A stretch of 64,000 nt of DNA, taken from the NCBI GenBank assembly GCA_002269645.1, contig NIVC01002732.1:1-64000 (forward strand). The letters run 5' to 3'. A model generated the notes under the pieces. It had not been told where the DNA came from and did no database searches. It saw only the letters and a program-made list of their open reading frames with translations. This DNA comes from Macrostomum lignano (taxonomy: Eukaryota). A program made the translations under genes and the position numbers. This document shows positions 62,418-64,000 of this stretch, one piece after another. Position 1 is the stretch's first letter, and the number at the start of each line of letters is the position of its first letter.

Positions 62418-63213
62418 TATTCTACCTTGTCATCTATATTGTCTATCAACCTGTCTATATAGTTGCTATATTCGTTTTCTATACCCCCTACAAAAATATT
62501 TGGCCTATAAGTACAATTGTTTTAATTTTAAAATGTTTTACAGAGAGCCTAGCTTTATTGATGAGTGCATTAGTTGCTTAACACCTTGTTCTTAAAATAC
62601 TAGTGATTCAACTATTAAAGTACTTCAGTGTGGTGTTGTGTAGTCATTACTGCGTTTGTGGTTTTTTAATGACGCGAAACAAAAAATTATAATATATCTT
62701 GATGTCGTTGGACGTGTTATATAGTTCATAAAATTTAGCTAATTATGATGGCGTGTTTGCGTATCAATCTGGAGCAAAAATTAAGAGAAACTTCTTGTCA
62801 ATATGCGGTATTTTCCAATTAGTTATCGTGTGCATGTGATTTGAAAGTTTTATTGCATCAATTTAAATTTGAAATCTCAGTGTACTGCGCAATGGGGCTT
62901 AAGTGTCTGATATAATTGTTTTGCGCGAATAACTTGTTTAATAGGTATGAATAAATTATGAGTTTAAAAAGTTAATCAATTTTTTATCTTTGTATGAAAC
63001 TCAAGTCAAACTGGCGTTTTAAGTTTTAGCAATGCCGCATCTTTTTGTCTCCCAAAGCTGAAACTAAGAGGGTTAAATAGGTCCATTGAGAGCTGAAGCA
63101 GAAAGAAGCTAGACTCCATTTTCTTAGAAATAACCTGGCGGCAGGCAAAGGAACGTATATCTGTTGCATCGCTAGTGCGAATGCTGTAGAGAAATCGGAT
63201 TTTTTTTGACCGA

Positions 63214-63830
63214 ATTTGTCTATGGCGAAACCCCATTCACCGAATTTGTCTATGGCAAAACTTGATTCACCGAGTTTGTCTATGGCGAAACCCCATTCAT
63301 CGAATTTGTCTATGGCAAAACTTGATTCACCGAGTTTGTCTATGGCAAACCCCATTCACCGAATTTGTCTATGGCAAAACTTGATTCACCGAGTTTGTCT
63401 ATGGCAAAACTTGATTCACCGAGTTTGTCTATGGCAAAACTTGATTCACCGAGTTTGTCTATGGCGAAACCCCATTCACCGAATTTGTCTATGGCAAAAC
63501 TTGATTCACCGAGTTTGTCTATGGCAAACCCCATTCACCGAATTTGTCTATGGCAAAACTTGGTTCACCGAGTTTGTCTATGGCAAAACCCCATTCACCG
63601 AATTTGTCTATGGCAAAACCCCATTCACCGAATTTGTCTATGGCAAAACCCCATTCACCGAATTTGTCTATGGCAAAACTTGATTCACCGAGTTTGTCTA
63701 TGGCAAAACCTCATTTGCCGAATTTTTCTATTGCAAAACCCGATTTACCTAATTTATCTATAGCAAAACCCTCTTCGTCTAATTTGTCTATGGCAAAACT
63801 CCATTCACAGAGTTTGTCTATTTATCTATT
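63214..63830. repeat. 30-bp minisatellite (AATTTGTCTATGGCAAAACCCCATTCACCG)n with two alternating variants
   Basis: Period 30; CCCCATT and CTTGATT variants. Confidence 0.93.
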
Positions 63831-64000
63831 AGCAGCAGCAGCTAGTGTCTATGGCCCTAACCCCGGGGTTTTTAAGGGCCACGGAGAGGGCCCTTGCCGG
63901 TTTCCGGGTTATTTCTAAGAAAAAAGAGAATCGTAGGTCTGTTTTTGAATTTTGGATTGCGAAACCTTTTTTCATTGCTGTTTATACGGATGCAATTGTT

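Overview
Repeat-rich animal (invertebrate-like) genomic DNA; no prokaryotic features. The density of minisatellites and (GATA)n/(GACA)n is reminiscent of flatworms such as Macrostomum, but the taxon is inference only. Left: a large minus-strand exon of a GAF-domain cyclic-nucleotide phosphodiesterase (PDE5/6/11 family). Centre (13.9-42.7 kb): an array of six genes with uninterrupted CDSs encoding an atypical insulin-like prepropeptide. One is a divergent 103-aa copy that has lost exactly the Cys pair of the intra-A-chain disulfide. The other five encode an identical 126-aa protein and sit in a 4.2-5.1 kb tandem unit joined at a 6-bp TATAAA microhomology. Each unit carries a variable-length G-rich minisatellite upstream of the gene and a perfect 42-bp palindrome. 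A young Ty3/gypsy LTR element (216-bp LTRs that appear identical, GGGAG TSD) sits in one of these minisatellites. Right: a 3.2-kb CpG desert, then a plus-strand multi-exon gene with an N-terminal PDZ domain. One of its introns holds a dense TCF/LEF + GCCG-helper cluster (candidate Wnt-response enhancer) and a tRNA-derived CORE-type SINE. All counts and alignments were done by eye; several 1-nt deletions suggest long-read consensus errors.
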